Notes: generated by a model not told the origin, from the sequence alone. 64,000 nucleotides of DNA from an uncultured Candidatus Saccharibacteria bacterium (GCA_964493895.1 CAZBPY010000002.1:67351-131350), one strand, 5' to 3'; counted from the first letter of the stretch, positions 25,695 through 35,382 are shown. A program made the numbers and translations.

Positions 25695-25723
25695 ACAATA
25701 CACCCTATGGCTGCTTATGTCAA
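25695..25723 (-). promoter_or_regulatory. promoter of the pheA-trpS leader
   Basis: TTGACA-17nt-TATTGT, beginning 15 nt after the rpsI stop. Confidence 0.45.
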
Positions 25724-25738
25724 TGGGAAAATAAGAGG

Positions 25739-26137
25739 TTAACGCTTGGTGAATTGGCGCTGTTTTCGGGCGCCCTTAAGACCAAACTTCTTGCGCTCTT
25801 TTTCGCGCGGATCGCGACCTAGTAAATCAGCTTTGCGCAAGGTGCTCTTCAGATCTTCATTCATGACTGCCAAAGCCTTGGCAATACCCAACTTGATGGC
25901 ATCGGCTTGGCCGGAGTGGCCGCCGCCGGTGACTTTGACCGAGACATTGTGCTTGTTGACAGCGTCAACGGCAATAAAAGGCTTTTGCAACTCTAGAAGA
26001 AACTTTTTACTTTTCATGAAGTAATCTTCAGCTGGCTGGTCGTTAATGACGATCTCGCCTTTGCCATTTGTCAGACGAACTCGGGCCGAGGCACTTTTGC
26101 GCCGCCCTAATCCGTAAAAATAGGTGTCTTTAGCCAT
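25739..26137 (-). CDS. rpsI: 30S ribosomal protein S9
   Basis: 132-aa ORF with GGGHSGQADAIKLGIAKAL and a KR-rich C-terminus ending RQFTKR. Confidence 0.95.
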   Translation of the reverse strand: MAKDTYFYGLGRRKSASARVRLTNGKGEIVINDQPAEDYFMKSKKFLLELQKPFIAVDAVNKHNVSVKVTGGGHSGQADAIKLGIAKALAVMNEDLKSTLRKADLLGRDPREKERKKFGLKGARKQRQFTKR

Positions 26138-26574
26138 TATTTACCTTCCTTCAATGAAAACGCGGCTGGCTTTTGAGCCTGGTGGTTGTGCTGATCATCC
26201 CTGTAAACCTTCAACCGAGCTAGGCGTCCCGGTCGCAATTTATTAGCCGTAATCATGCCTCGAACGGCCTTTTCAATGGCTTTTTCCGGTGCCATATCCG
26301 ACAAAGCAGTCTCTTTGATGCCACCAGGATAGCCCGTGTGACGGTAATACTTCTTTTTGGATTGCTTGTCACCGCTAACCACCATCTTAGAGGCGTTAAC
26401 TACAATCACATAGTCACCCCCATCTACATGAGGCGTGTAAGTTGGCTTGTGTTTGCCTGTCAGCAGGGTTGCCACTTGAGTGGCTAGGCGACCCAAGGGC
26501 ACCTCTGAAGCGTCGACAAGGTACCAGACGCGCTCTACTTCAGCTGGCTTTTGACTGAATGTCTTGGCGGTCAT
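26137..26574 (-). CDS. rplM: 50S ribosomal protein L13
   Basis: 145-aa ORF with WYLVDASEVPLGRLATQVATLLTGKHKPTYTPH. Confidence 0.95.
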   Translation of the reverse strand: MTAKTFSQKPAEVERVWYLVDASEVPLGRLATQVATLLTGKHKPTYTPHVDGGDYVIVVNASKMVVSGDKQSKKKYYRHTGYPGGIKETALSDMAPEKAIEKAVRGMITANKLRPGRLARLKVYRDDQHNHQAQKPAAFSLKEGK

Positions 26575-27071
26575 TTCTTTGCCCCCGTCTTCTTAGCAGT
26601 AGCCTTTTTGGCGGCTGGTTTGCTAGCAACTGACTTGCTGTTAGCAGTAGTGGTTGTCTTAGCCGCTGTCTTTGGCTTAGCCTCAGATTCAGCCTTGACA
26701 GCAGCTTTGCTTAAATCATCAACAAAACTAACTTTGGCTAACTGAGCATTGTCGCCGCGGCGGAAACGAGTCCGCACAATCCGCAAATAACCACTATTGC
26801 GACTGTTTAGCTTCGGTGCAATGTCATCGACCAATTTATGGGCGGCTTGCACCGTCATTACACCTGCAATTACCTGGCGCCGCGAAGCTAAATCACCCTT
26901 TTTAGCCTTGGTAATCAATTTTTCGACATATGGTCGGATTTCTTTAGCTTTTGGCAGTGTGGTCTCGATAGATTCATTAATAATCAGCGACTCAGCCAAA
27001 TTCTTTATAAGTGCTCGGCGTTGATCGCGTTGGCGTCCGAATTTTCGACCTTTATATCCGTGGCGATGCAT
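26571..27071 (-). CDS. rplQ: 50S ribosomal protein L17 with Lys/Ala-rich C-terminal tail
   Basis: 166-aa ORF beginning MHRHGYKGRKFGRQRDQRRAL, with a 4-nt overlap with rplM. Confidence 0.94.
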   Translation of the reverse strand: MHRHGYKGRKFGRQRDQRRALIKNLAESLIINESIETTLPKAKEIRPYVEKLITKAKKGDLASRRQVIAGVMTVQAAHKLVDDIAPKLNSRNSGYLRIVRTRFRRGDNAQLAKVSFVDDLSKAAVKAESEAKPKTAAKTTTTANSKSVASKPAAKKATAKKTGAKK

Positions 27072-27072
27072 C

Positions 27073-28008
27073 TTACAGCTCCAACTCCGCTAGTTTATCT
27101 TTTACTTCATCTAAGGCCTTGGCACCAAAACCTTTAAGTTCTCGCAGCTCTACATCACTTAGTGAAAACAGATCTTTTAGGGTGTGGATATCGTTATTTA
27201 CTAGGGCATTGGTGGTCCTGGCAGAAAAGTTCAGATCTTCAATCGGGGTCATTAATTCGGTTGGCTCGTCGCTGTCAGTTCCGTCTCCAGTCTCACTGGT
27301 TAGTGGCGCCTCAGCCTTGACTCGAGTTTGACCGGCCAGAGCAGTGTATTGATTAACCAAAATTGCAGCTGCTTCCTCAAAGGCATCAGCTGGACTGATC
27401 GAGCCATCGGTATCAACTGTGATAATTAACTTATCAAGATCGGTCATCTGACCAACGCGGGTGTTCTCAACTTTATAGCGAACTCGCTGCACCGGACCGA
27501 AAATAGCATCTAAGGCAATCATGTCACTTGGTTTGCGACTGGCGCCTTCTTCAATTGGGCGATAGCCGCGGCCAGTCTCCACCACGATATCCATAGTTAA
27601 AGTGGCTTTAGGGTCGTCAATGGTAGCAATAACTTGATCTGGGTTGACAATCTCAACATCAGCATTGACTTGAATATCCTTGGCCTTAGCTACACCTTTG
27701 CCTTTCTTAACCAGGCGAAGTGTCTGGGGCTCTTCAGAGAAAACACGAAACCGAACATTCTTTAGATTCATCATGATGTCGACGCCATCTTCTTTAACAC
27801 CGGGAACAGTAGTGAATTCGTGAGTAATACCTTCAATTTTGAAGGCTGTGACAGCTGCACCAGCAATACTGGATAGCAATACTCGACGCAAACTGTTGCC
27901 CAGAGTCATGCCATAACCGGTGTGCAGCGGCTCCACTGTAAAGGTGGCTGATGTGGCGCTGTGATCGTCGGTTTTGACGATACCAGGGGTGTGAATTGAT
28001 TTTGACAT
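27073..28008 (-). CDS. rpoA: DNA-directed RNA polymerase subunit alpha
   Basis: The start is moved to ATG 28008 (GGAGGA 8 nt upstream). NTD and CTD are present (LNFSARTTNALVNNDIHTLKDL). Confidence 0.94.
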   Translation of the reverse strand: MSKSIHTPGIVKTDDHSATSATFTVEPLHTGYGMTLGNSLRRVLLSSIAGAAVTAFKIEGITHEFTTVPGVKEDGVDIMMNLKNVRFRVFSEEPQTLRLVKKGKGVAKAKDIQVNADVEIVNPDQVIATIDDPKATLTMDIVVETGRGYRPIEEGASRKPSDMIALDAIFGPVQRVRYKVENTRVGQMTDLDKLIITVDTDGSISPADAFEEAAAILVNQYTALAGQTRVKAEAPLTSETGDGTDSDEPTELMTPIEDLNFSARTTNALVNNDIHTLKDLFSLSDVELRELKGFGAKALDEVKDKLAELEL

Positions 28009-28027
28009 AGGGTTGCTTCCTCCTTGA

Positions 28028-28648
28028 TTAGCGTGAGTAGTACTCAACAATTAGTTGCTCATTGATGTCTGGCTCAGCCTCTTCTCGAGGAGGCACGCCG
28101 GTGATCTTAATTTCTAGCTTCTTGCGGTCGACTTTAAGCCAGGTTACGGCGCTTTCAGCGCCACTAGGGCTAACATCGTCGATACGCTTAAAGTAGTCAG
28201 TCTGCTTGCTTTTATCGCGAACTGTCAAAACATCGCCCTCCTTCATACGAATTGATGGAATATCGACGCGCCGGCCGTTCAGCGTAAAATGACCATGCGT
28301 CACTAGCTGGCGAGCCGCTCGGCGGCTAACGGCCAAGCCGGCTCGGTAAACCACATTATCAGCTCGCTGTTCCAGGAATTGAAGTAGGATGTGACCAGTC
28401 TGGCCGGGTAAGCGTTCAGCCTCGGCGATTAGTTTACGGAATTGACGCTCCAATAGACCATATAGCCGTTTTACCTTCTGTTTTTCACGTAATTGGATCG
28501 AATATTGGCTGGGCTTGGTTCGACTCCGATAATTTGGCGCCTGTCCTGGCATATTGGTCCTCTTAACCAAAGCCTTGTGAGCCTTAGGATGCAGGGCATA
28601 GCCTTCGCGACGCGACATCTTGACAATACTGCTTCTATCTCGGGCCAT
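28028..28648 (-). CDS. rpsD: 30S ribosomal protein S4
   Basis: 206-aa ORF with an S4 N-terminus and S4 RNA-binding domain, in the alpha-operon order S13-S11-S4-rpoA-L17. Confidence 0.95.
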   Translation of the reverse strand: MARDRSSIVKMSRREGYALHPKAHKALVKRTNMPGQAPNYRSRTKPSQYSIQLREKQKVKRLYGLLERQFRKLIAEAERLPGQTGHILLQFLEQRADNVVYRAGLAVSRRAARQLVTHGHFTLNGRRVDIPSIRMKEGDVLTVRDKSKQTDYFKRIDDVSPSGAESAVTWLKVDRKKLEIKITGVPPREEAEPDINEQLIVEYYSR

Positions 28649-29121
28649 TAGACTCTCCTCGCCTTTCGTGGCCGTACACCGCCATGCGGAACACCGGTAA
28701 CATCAGAAATGCTCTCAACTTTGATATCCAAATTGGACAATGTTCGAACGGCTGCTTCGCGGCCCAAACCAATGCCTCGGATGAATACATCGACTTTAGT
28801 TAGTCCGTGAGCCTGCTTAGCGGCCGTCGCAGCTCTTTCAGTTGCCACTTGCGCAGCATAGGCAGTGCCCTTTTTGCTACCGCGGAAACCACAAGCTCCG
28901 GCGCTGCTAAAAGTCAGGGTGCCGCCCTTGCTGTCTGTAAAAGTGATAATCGTGTTATTGAATGAGGCCATGACGTGCATTTGGCCATAAGGCACTGGTC
29001 GCTTGGACTTCTTGCGCTTTGGAGCCTTTTTAACTGCCTCTGTTGCTTCAGAAGCCTCAGCTGGCGCCTCGGCGACTGCTTCATTGTTTTCAACTGGTGT
29101 CTTAACTGTATCGTCTGCCAT
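28648..29121 (-). CDS. rpsK: 30S ribosomal protein S11 with acidic/Ala N-terminal extension
   Basis: 157-aa ORF with an S11 core (HVMASFNNTIITFTDSKGG ... PHGGVRPRKARRV). Confidence 0.95.
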   Translation of the reverse strand: MADDTVKTPVENNEAVAEAPAEASEATEAVKKAPKRKKSKRPVPYGQMHVMASFNNTIITFTDSKGGTLTFSSAGACGFRGSKKGTAYAAQVATERAATAAKQAHGLTKVDVFIRGIGLGREAAVRTLSNLDIKVESISDVTGVPHGGVRPRKARRV

Positions 29122-29131
29122 AATCTATACT

Positions 29132-29518
29132 TTAAGTCTTAGCCGCCACCTTCTTCTTGGTTCCGCCAACTGTCACTTTCTTACCGCGGCGAGTTCGAGC
29201 GTTAGTTTTGGTTCGCTGGCCGCGTGACGGCAAGCCGCGCTGGTGCCGCATTCCACGGTAAGCTCCAATATCTTTCAGCCGCTTAACATTAGCTGTCACA
29301 ATTCGCTGTAAATCGCCTTCGACGGTGTAATTTTCGTTGATGTAGTCCTGAATTTTAGCAATCTCGGCATCGGTTAGATCTTTGACGCGAACAGTTGGAT
29401 CAACCTTTGTCTTGGCAATAATCTCTTGGCTAATTGTCGGGCCAATGCCGTAAATATAAGTCAAAGCCACATGAACTTGCTTGTTGTCAGGAATGGTAAC
29501 ACCGGAAATTCGAGCCAT
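29132..29518 (-). CDS. rpsM: 30S ribosomal protein S13
   Basis: 128-aa ORF beginning [26 protein letters not shown]. Confidence 0.95.
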   Translation of the reverse strand: MARISGVTIPDNKQVHVALTYIYGIGPTISQEIIAKTKVDPTVRVKDLTDAEIAKIQDYINENYTVEGDLQRIVTANVKRLKDIGAYRGMRHQRGLPSRGQRTKTNARTRRGKKVTVGGTKKKVAAKT

Positions 29519-29521
29519 AGC

Positions 29522-29638
29522 TTATCCCTGCCTCTGCTTGTGCTTTGGCTTCATCTTATTAATTACATAGACACGTCCTTTACGGCGGACAATCTTGTCA
29601 TCCGGACTAATCTTTTTGACACTGGCACGCACTTTCAT
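29522..29638 (-). CDS. rpmJ: 50S ribosomal protein L36 (cysteine-free)
   Basis: Too short for the ORF track. My translation is [38 protein letters not shown], in the canonical slot between infA and rpsM. Confidence 0.88.
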   Translation of the reverse strand: MKVRASVKKISPDDKIVRRKGRVYVINKMKPKHKQRQG

Positions 29639-29683
29639 GCGGATCATTTCTCCTGTTTTGAGTGAATGACACACTGCTTAAAT

Positions 29684-29905
29684 TTATGATTGGCGATAGG
29701 TGATTCTTCCCTTCGTAAGATCGTAAGGGGTCAACTCGACCGTCACGCTGTCTCCGGGGACGATTCGGATAAAATGTTTCCGCATCTTACCGGCGACGTG
29801 AGCTATAATTTGATGACCATTTTCGAGTTCGACCTTGAACTGAGCGCTGGGAAGCGTCTCAATTATGGTGCCTTTGAGCTCGATAACTTCCTTATTTCCG
29901 GCCAT
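29684..29905 (-). CDS. infA: translation initiation factor IF-1
   Basis: The start is moved to ATG 29905 ([43 protein letters not shown]...), giving 73 aa. Confidence 0.93.
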   Translation of the reverse strand: MAGNKEVIELKGTIIETLPSAQFKVELENGHQIIAHVAGKMRKHFIRIVPGDSVTVELTPYDLTKGRITYRQS

Positions 29906-29961
29906 AAATGTATAACAGGGAATAATTGTATCAGACAACGCCCCTGTTTGCAAAGGGTTTT

Positions 29962-31449
29962 TTACTTTTTCTTAGAACGAGTGGTTAAAAAGCGCATGCG
30001 CCGTTGTTTTTTACCGTTCTCTTCGGTGTTTTCGTAGAAGAAGTCCGGATGTTCATATTGGTCATAGGTAACCATTAGGGCTCGCGATTCGATTTGACGC
30101 ATAGTTTCAAGCGCCACGGCTACCAATATTAGGATGCTGGTACCCTGCAAGGCAATGTTGGCGTTGACAAAGCCCTGTATGACCACCGGCACGGCAGCCA
30201 GCAGGCCAAGGCTAAAGGCTCCAAATAATGTCAAGCGATTAACCAGTTTGGATAGATATTTCTCAGTTTGCGAACCAGACCGAACTCCTTCAATAAAACC
30301 GCCTTGTTTTTGCAAGTTTTCGGCGATTTCTTGAGCGTTAAAGGTGATACTGGTATAGAAAAATGTAAATACAAAAACAAAGAAGAAATAAGCTGCTGGA
30401 TAAACATAAGGCTGCCAACCTCCAAGGGCAAATGATTGAGCTGTCGGTGGCTGGAACCACACCATTAATTTTGTACCAAAATCTGCCCATTGTGGATTAC
30501 TGTTACCGCTTAGTAGCTGTCCGACAAAACTTGGTACGCTTAAGAACGCCAGGGCAAAGATAATTGGTATGACCCCAGCGGTGATAAGCTTGATAGGCAA
30601 AACAGTTTTTACACCGCCATAGGCCCGGTTGCCCTGGATGCGTTTAGCGTAATGAATCGTGACATTACGAACTGCTTCGTTGAGTTTGACCACCAAAGCT
30701 GTGGCAATTAATACCCCGGCTAAAATCCCCAGAGCTAACAGTGTTGCGTCACGATCAACCGGCAAGTCAATTCCGAGCAGTGTCCAAGTCGGATTATCGG
30801 CGAAGATACCATTAAATATATTCGATACAGTTGATGGCAGTTGACTAACGATACCGACAGTAATAACTAGAGAAATACCGTTTCCTATACCCTCTTCGGT
30901 TATCAACTCCCCAAGCCACATGAGTAACATTGAGCCACCAGTCAAAGCCGATACCATTAATACCCACTGGGCTATCCCGGCTCCAGCCGCAATATCACCA
31001 ATTCCACCGATTTGTGTGGCCGTTTGTCGTACTAGATAGATGGTTCCAATTGATTGAACAATTGCTAGCGGTAGGGTTAGCATTCGAGTGTATTGATTAA
31101 TCTTCTTGCGCCCAAACTCACCCTCGCTGTTCAAGGTTTCAAGCTTGGGTATGGCCTTGGTCAATAACTGCATAATTATCGAGGCGTTAATATAGGGCCC
31201 CAGGCCAACCAACATAATAGAGAAATTGGCCAACGCGCCGCCGGATAGGACATCAATAAAACTTAACAACTGCGGTGTATCAGCAGTTGTAAACAAAGTT
31301 TCGAGGAGTTGTTTTAGAGTTTGACCGTCCGCTAGGGGGATTGGGATGTGGGCTAAGACACGAAAAATAAACAACATGCCCAAGACAGCTAGGATACGCT
31401 TTCGCATATCCTGGTTACTCAGCGACTTCCAAACCGTTTTCCAATTCAT
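29962..31449 (-). CDS. secY: preprotein translocase subunit SecY (basic C-terminal extension)
   Basis: 495-aa 10-TM ORF in the canonical position after rplO. Confidence 0.95.
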   Translation of the reverse strand: MNWKTVWKSLSNQDMRKRILAVLGMLFIFRVLAHIPIPLADGQTLKQLLETLFTTADTPQLLSFIDVLSGGALANFSIMLVGLGPYINASIIMQLLTKAIPKLETLNSEGEFGRKKINQYTRMLTLPLAIVQSIGTIYLVRQTATQIGGIGDIAAGAGIAQWVLMVSALTGGSMLLMWLGELITEEGIGNGISLVITVGIVSQLPSTVSNIFNGIFADNPTWTLLGIDLPVDRDATLLALGILAGVLIATALVVKLNEAVRNVTIHYAKRIQGNRAYGGVKTVLPIKLITAGVIPIIFALAFLSVPSFVGQLLSGNSNPQWADFGTKLMVWFQPPTAQSFALGGWQPYVYPAAYFFFVFVFTFFYTSITFNAQEIAENLQKQGGFIEGVRSGSQTEKYLSKLVNRLTLFGAFSLGLLAAVPVVIQGFVNANIALQGTSILILVAVALETMRQIESRALMVTYDQYEHPDFFYENTEENGKKQRRMRFLTTRSKKK

Positions 31450-31491
31450 ACAACTACCCTTTATTATAGCAGCCGTCAGCTCCAGCTGGGA

Positions 31492-31977
31492 TTATTTTTC
31501 TGACTTTTTAGCGGCCTTCTTTTGGCTGGTTTTTTGTCGGCGTGGTACAGGAGCAGACTTGAATGAGCCGCCAGCCTTGTCAATGGCTTTCACTGCTGCA
31601 GCGCTGGCGCCTTGAGTGGTTAAGCTAATTTTCTTAGTTAGTTCTCCGTTTAAGACCACCTTTGCGCGGACGTATGGACTTGAAATTAACCCGGCTTCGG
31701 CTAATTTGTGATTGTCGACAATACTACCAAGTTTGTTTAACTGGCCTGTATAAACAACCTCGGCCTTGGGGCGCACAGCTCGGAAGCCACGCAGTTTGGG
31801 CAAGCGATTCATCAGCGGATTTTGACCGCCTTCAAAACCAGGTCGCACACCGCCGCCAGACCGAGCATTTTGGCCTTTGGTGCCGCGTCCGGCCGTTTTG
31901 CCGCGGCCGGCGGCAATTCCTCGTCCGACCCTAGTCGGCTTGGCCTTAGACTGGACATTTAATTCGTGATATTTCAT
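31492..31977 (-). CDS. rplO: 50S ribosomal protein L15
   Basis: 161-aa ORF with a Gly/Arg-rich N-terminus (GRGIAAGRGKTAGRGTKGQ). ATGA overlap with the rpsE stop. Confidence 0.95.
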   Translation of the reverse strand: MKYHELNVQSKAKPTRVGRGIAAGRGKTAGRGTKGQNARSGGGVRPGFEGGQNPLMNRLPKLRGFRAVRPKAEVVYTGQLNKLGSIVDNHKLAEAGLISSPYVRAKVVLNGELTKKISLTTQGASAAAVKAIDKAGGSFKSAPVPRRQKTSQKKAAKKSEK

Positions 31978-32522
31978 TTCTTAGCTACCTTTTTGACTTC
32001 ATTTTTCTCAGATTGGCTTGTCACCCATTTATTCTTAGGCTCAATGGACTTCAACGCCTCAACAGTCGCATAGGCAATATTGATCTTATTGGACGAACCC
32101 AATGACTTCGACAAAGCGTTTTTGATGCCGGCCACCTCAAGTACGGTTCTGACTACTCCACCGGCGATCAAGCCTGTACCAGGACTGGCTGGCTTGACCA
32201 TGATTTTAGCTCCAGACACCTTAGCCTCAGATTCATGCGGGATGGTGTCGTTGAAGAGATTAATTCTAACCATATTCTTCTTAGCGACCTCTGTGGCTTT
32301 AGTCATAGCTGAGGTCACATCAGCACCCTTGGATGTGCCAACCCCAACGCGGCCTTTATGGTCGCCAACAACTACTAAGGCCCGAAAGCGGAAGCGGCGG
32401 CCGCCCTTAACTACCCGAGCAACGCGGTCAATGTTCACCATTCGCTCATCAAACTGCTTTTCCTCCGGCACATCTGTCGGGCGGTTAGTCAATGGGCGTC
32501 TTTCTTGTCTATTTTCAGCCAT
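31974..32522 (-). CDS. rpsE: 30S ribosomal protein S5
   Basis: 182-aa ORF with VVKGGRRFRFRALVVVGD. It is followed directly by rplO, with no rpmD/L30. Confidence 0.95.
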   Translation of the reverse strand: MAENRQERRPLTNRPTDVPEEKQFDERMVNIDRVARVVKGGRRFRFRALVVVGDHKGRVGVGTSKGADVTSAMTKATEVAKKNMVRINLFNDTIPHESEAKVSGAKIMVKPASPGTGLIAGGVVRTVLEVAGIKNALSKSLGSSNKINIAYATVEALKSIEPKNKWVTSQSEKNEVKKVAKK

Positions 32523-32523
32523 T

Positions 32524-32883
32524 TTAAAACTTCAGTCCTTTCTCACGGGCGCTGTCAGCCAGAGCTTTTACTCTACCATGATATAATCGAGCCCCTCTGT
32601 CGAAAACTACTTTCTCAACTTTTGCCTTCTTAGCGGCCGCCGCAATCTGTTCACCAACATAGATAGCCTTTTCTGTCATAGACTTCTTATCCAAAGCCTT
32701 AATTCCAACGCTAGTGGCGAAAGCTAGGCTCTGGCCGTTAGAGTCATCAATAATCTGGGCCACAACCTGCCGATTGCTGAGGTGAACACTCAATCGAGGC
32801 CGCTGCGGCGTGCCCCCGGCTCGGCTCCGAACTCGAATTTGGCGCCGCCTTTGGTTCATTTTAGTGTGTGCTAAACGGTTCAT
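32524..32883 (-). CDS. rplR: 50S ribosomal protein L18
   Basis: 119-aa ORF, L18-like (RLSVHLSNRQVVAQIIDD). Confidence 0.95.
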   Translation of the reverse strand: MNRLAHTKMNQRRRQIRVRSRAGGTPQRPRLSVHLSNRQVVAQIIDDSNGQSLAFATSVGIKALDKKSMTEKAIYVGEQIAAAAKKAKVEKVVFDRGARLYHGRVKALADSAREKGLKF

Positions 32884-32885
32884 AT

Positions 32886-33422
32886 CTATTCCTTACCTGA
32901 CTTTCCGGACTTTCGAATAATCCGCTCGTCCACATACTTGATGCCCTTACCCTTGTAAGGTTCCGGCTTCTTGTAAGAGCGAATTTCGGCAGCTACTTGG
33001 CCAACCTGTTGTTTGTCGATGCCGGAGACTTTAATTTTATTCTGCTCAACGCTAACTTGGACACCCTGAGGAACGGTATATTTAATCTCGTGAGAAAAGC
33101 CCAGCTTCATGTTCAAGTCCGCACCGGCCATATTAACACGAAAGCCAACGCCGTTAACCTCTAGTTCTCTAGTAAAACCCTGAGTAACACCTTCAACCAT
33201 GTTATTGATCAGGCTGCGCAGCAACCCATGACGGGCCCGGTGAACTGGCTCGTCGTCAATTCGTGATAAAACCAGCTGATTTTCCTCTTGCTTGACCGAA
33301 ATTCCATCTAACAGCGGTGTGCTTAATTCGCCTTTCGGACCAGTTACTTTAACTTGGTCAGAATCGCTCACGATTGTCACACCGGATGGAACTTCGATCG
33401 GTAGTTTTCCTATACGACTCAT
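32886..33422 (-). CDS. rplF: 50S ribosomal protein L6
   Basis: The start is moved to ATG 33422 (MSRIGKLPIEVPSGV), with AAGGA SD 7 nt upstream. Confidence 0.95.
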   Translation of the reverse strand: MSRIGKLPIEVPSGVTIVSDSDQVKVTGPKGELSTPLLDGISVKQEENQLVLSRIDDEPVHRARHGLLRSLINNMVEGVTQGFTRELEVNGVGFRVNMAGADLNMKLGFSHEIKYTVPQGVQVSVEQNKIKVSGIDKQQVGQVAAEIRSYKKPEPYKGKGIKYVDERIIRKSGKSGKE

Positions 33423-33433
33423 ACTTAATCCTT

Positions 33434-33832
33434 TTAATAAACCTTGCAAATTAATTCACCGCCGACACGCTGCTTCTTAGCCTCGGCGCCAGTCATCACA
33501 CCTTTCGAGGTAGAAACAATAACAATACCGCGACCTCGCTTGATGGTTGGAATATCATCAACGCCAACATAAGCGCGACGCCCAGGTTTACTGATACGAC
33601 TAATTTCAGTTATACGGGCATTAGTATTCTCGGGATTGACTGTAATGGTCATGGTTTTAGGGAAGCCGTCATTGATTTCGACCTTGTCTACGAAGTTGTT
33701 CTGAGCCAGCAGCTTTGCCACCTCTTCCTTAATTTTAGAGTGCGGCAGGTTGACCTGGTGATTGTGCACCAAAATGGCATTCCGGATGCGGGTTAGCATA
33801 TCTGAAATCGGATCGGTTGATGTCATGCTCAT
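33434..33832 (-). CDS. rpsH: 30S ribosomal protein S8
   Basis: The start is moved to ATG 33832 (MSMTSTDPISDMLTRIRNA), after the S14 stop and with AGGAG upstream. Confidence 0.95.
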   Translation of the reverse strand: MSMTSTDPISDMLTRIRNAILVHNHQVNLPHSKIKEEVAKLLAQNNFVDKVEINDGFPKTMTITVNPENTNARITEISRISKPGRRAYVGVDDIPTIKRGRGIVIVSTSKGVMTGAEAKKQRVGGELICKVY

Positions 33833-33849
33833 AGTTCTCTCGCTCCTTT

Positions 33850-34119
33850 CTACCAACTTGACTTGGTAACTCCTGGGATTTCTCCCTTACTTGCATGTTC
33901 GCGGAAGGAAATACGTGATAAACCAAAAGTTCGCATATAGGCCCTTGGTCGTCCAGTCTCAGCACAACGATTTTTCAGTCGGGTCGGAGAAGAGTTGCGC
34001 GGTAGTTTGTGTAAACCTTCAAGATCACCCATAGCCTTCAATTCTGCACGCTTTTTTGCATACTTAGCATGCATCTTTCGACGTTTTTCATCTCTGGCAA
34101 TATTCGATTTTCGAGCCAT
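33850..34119 (-). CDS. rpsN: 30S ribosomal protein S14 (long, non-zinc type)
   Basis: 89-aa ORF beginning [24 protein letters not shown] and ending W. Confidence 0.95.
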   Translation of the reverse strand: MARKSNIARDEKRRKMHAKYAKKRAELKAMGDLEGLHKLPRNSSPTRLKNRCAETGRPRAYMRTFGLSRISFREHASKGEIPGVTKSSW

Positions 34120-34694
34120 TATGTATTCTCCTTTTCAAACGGCATTCCAAACTTAGTTAATAGCGCTTTGGCCTGCTCTGGTGTTTTAGCTGTAGTCACA
34201 ATCACTACTTGCAAGCCATGAGTGATTGGAGCATCTTCAAAATTGATTTCCGGAAAAACAGTTTGATCAGCAATGCCGATACTATAGGTACCTTGGCGAT
34301 CAAAAGCCTTGTTCTTAACACCATGGAAATCGCGAAGTCTTGGCAGCACAATATTAACTAGACGATCTAGAAACTCGTACATTCGATCACCACGTAATGT
34401 TACCTTCAGACCAATTTTGTTACCTTCACGCAACTTAAATGTCGCAATAGATTTCTTGGCCACAGTCTCAACAGGTCTTTGTCCGGTAATTTTACTCAAA
34501 GTTGTGGTAGCTACTTCCATGTGTTTCTTATCATCCTTAGCTCGTCCTAATCCGACGTTAATGACAATTTTCTCTAAAACTGGCACCTGATTTACGTTGG
34601 CTAGCTCCAATTCCTTCAAAAGCTCCTTACGGAACGAGTCCATGAACGACTTCTTCAATCTCGGCGCAGTAGTAATAGTAGTTGCCTTAGCCAT
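34119..34694 (-). CDS. rplE: 50S ribosomal protein L5
   Basis: 191-aa ORF in spc-operon order. Confidence 0.95.
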   Translation of the reverse strand: MAKATTITTAPRLKKSFMDSFRKELLKELELANVNQVPVLEKIVINVGLGRAKDDKKHMEVATTTLSKITGQRPVETVAKKSIATFKLREGNKIGLKVTLRGDRMYEFLDRLVNIVLPRLRDFHGVKNKAFDRQGTYSIGIADQTVFPEINFEDAPITHGLQVVIVTTAKTPEQAKALLTKFGMPFEKENT

Positions 34695-35014
34695 TATGAA
34701 ATCTCCTTTCCGCTTGTCTTATAGACACGCTTTTTACTATCTTTAGTCACTTTATAGCCAATTCGTGAAGGTTTCTTCTTGGTGGCATCCAGGATCCCCA
34801 CTTTGCTGACATCAATCGGCTTGGTTAGCTCGATGATTCCGCCTTGAGGATACTGTCGGTTTGGTTTCTGGTGCTTTTTAACGACGTTAATGCCCTCAAC
34901 GGTCACTTTATTCGTGCTCGGATGCGTAGCCAAAACTTTACCCGTTCGACCTTTGTCCTTACCGGATCGAACCATAACCATGTCACCCTTCTGTAATCGA
35001 ATCTTGTAAGTCAT
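34694..35014 (-). CDS. rplX: 50S ribosomal protein L24
   Basis: 106-aa ORF with a KOW motif (KGDMVMVRSGKDKGRTGKV). Confidence 0.95.
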   Translation of the reverse strand: MTYKIRLQKGDMVMVRSGKDKGRTGKVLATHPSTNKVTVEGINVVKKHQKPNRQYPQGGIIELTKPIDVSKVGILDATKKKPSRIGYKVTKDSKKRVYKTSGKEIS

Positions 35015-35382
35015 TACAGTACCTCCGGAGCTAGAGAAATAATCTTGGCGTAACCCTTTTCACGCAGCTCTCTAGGAACTGGGCCGAAAATGCGAGTTCC
35101 GCGCGGCTGCCTCTCTTCATTGATGATGACCGCAGCGTTATCGTCAAACTTAATTGTTGAGCCATCACGACGCCGAATTTGGTTCCGCGTTCTAACTACG
35201 ACAGCCCGCACAACTGATTTCTTCTTGACAGTCCCAGTAGGAGAAGCCTCCTTGACGGTGGCCACAATGACGTCGCCAACACCAGCATAGCGGCGGCGGG
35301 TACCGCCTAACACGCGGATGCACAAAATTTCTTTGGCACCGCTGTTGTCACAAACATTTAGTCGTGATTCCTGCTGGATCAT
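35014..35382 (-). CDS. rplN: 50S ribosomal protein L14
   Basis: 122-aa ORF beginning [18 protein letters not shown]. Confidence 0.96.
   Translation of the reverse strand: MIQQESRLNVCDNSGAKEILCIRVLGGTRRRYAGVGDVIVATVKEASPTGTVKKKSVVRAVVVRTRNQIRRRDGSTIKFDDNAAVIINEERQPRGTRIFGPVPRELREKGYAKIISLAPEVL

Noticed and set aside
23652-25740. T-box riboswitch upstream of trpS/pheA (and of hisS at 61499..61681)
   Set aside because: No T-box consensus (AANNNGGGTGGNACCGCG-like) or specifier-loop architecture was seen. Leader-peptide attenuators fit better.
32080-32586. 168-aa plus-strand ORF
   Set aside because: It lies antisense to rpsE/rplR and is a shadow ORF. The many other 60-140-aa plus-strand ORFs inside minus-strand core genes are rejected for the same reason.
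33735-33965. 76-aa minus-strand ORF overlapping rpsH/rpsN
   Set aside because: It is in an alternative frame across two well-supported ribosomal protein genes.
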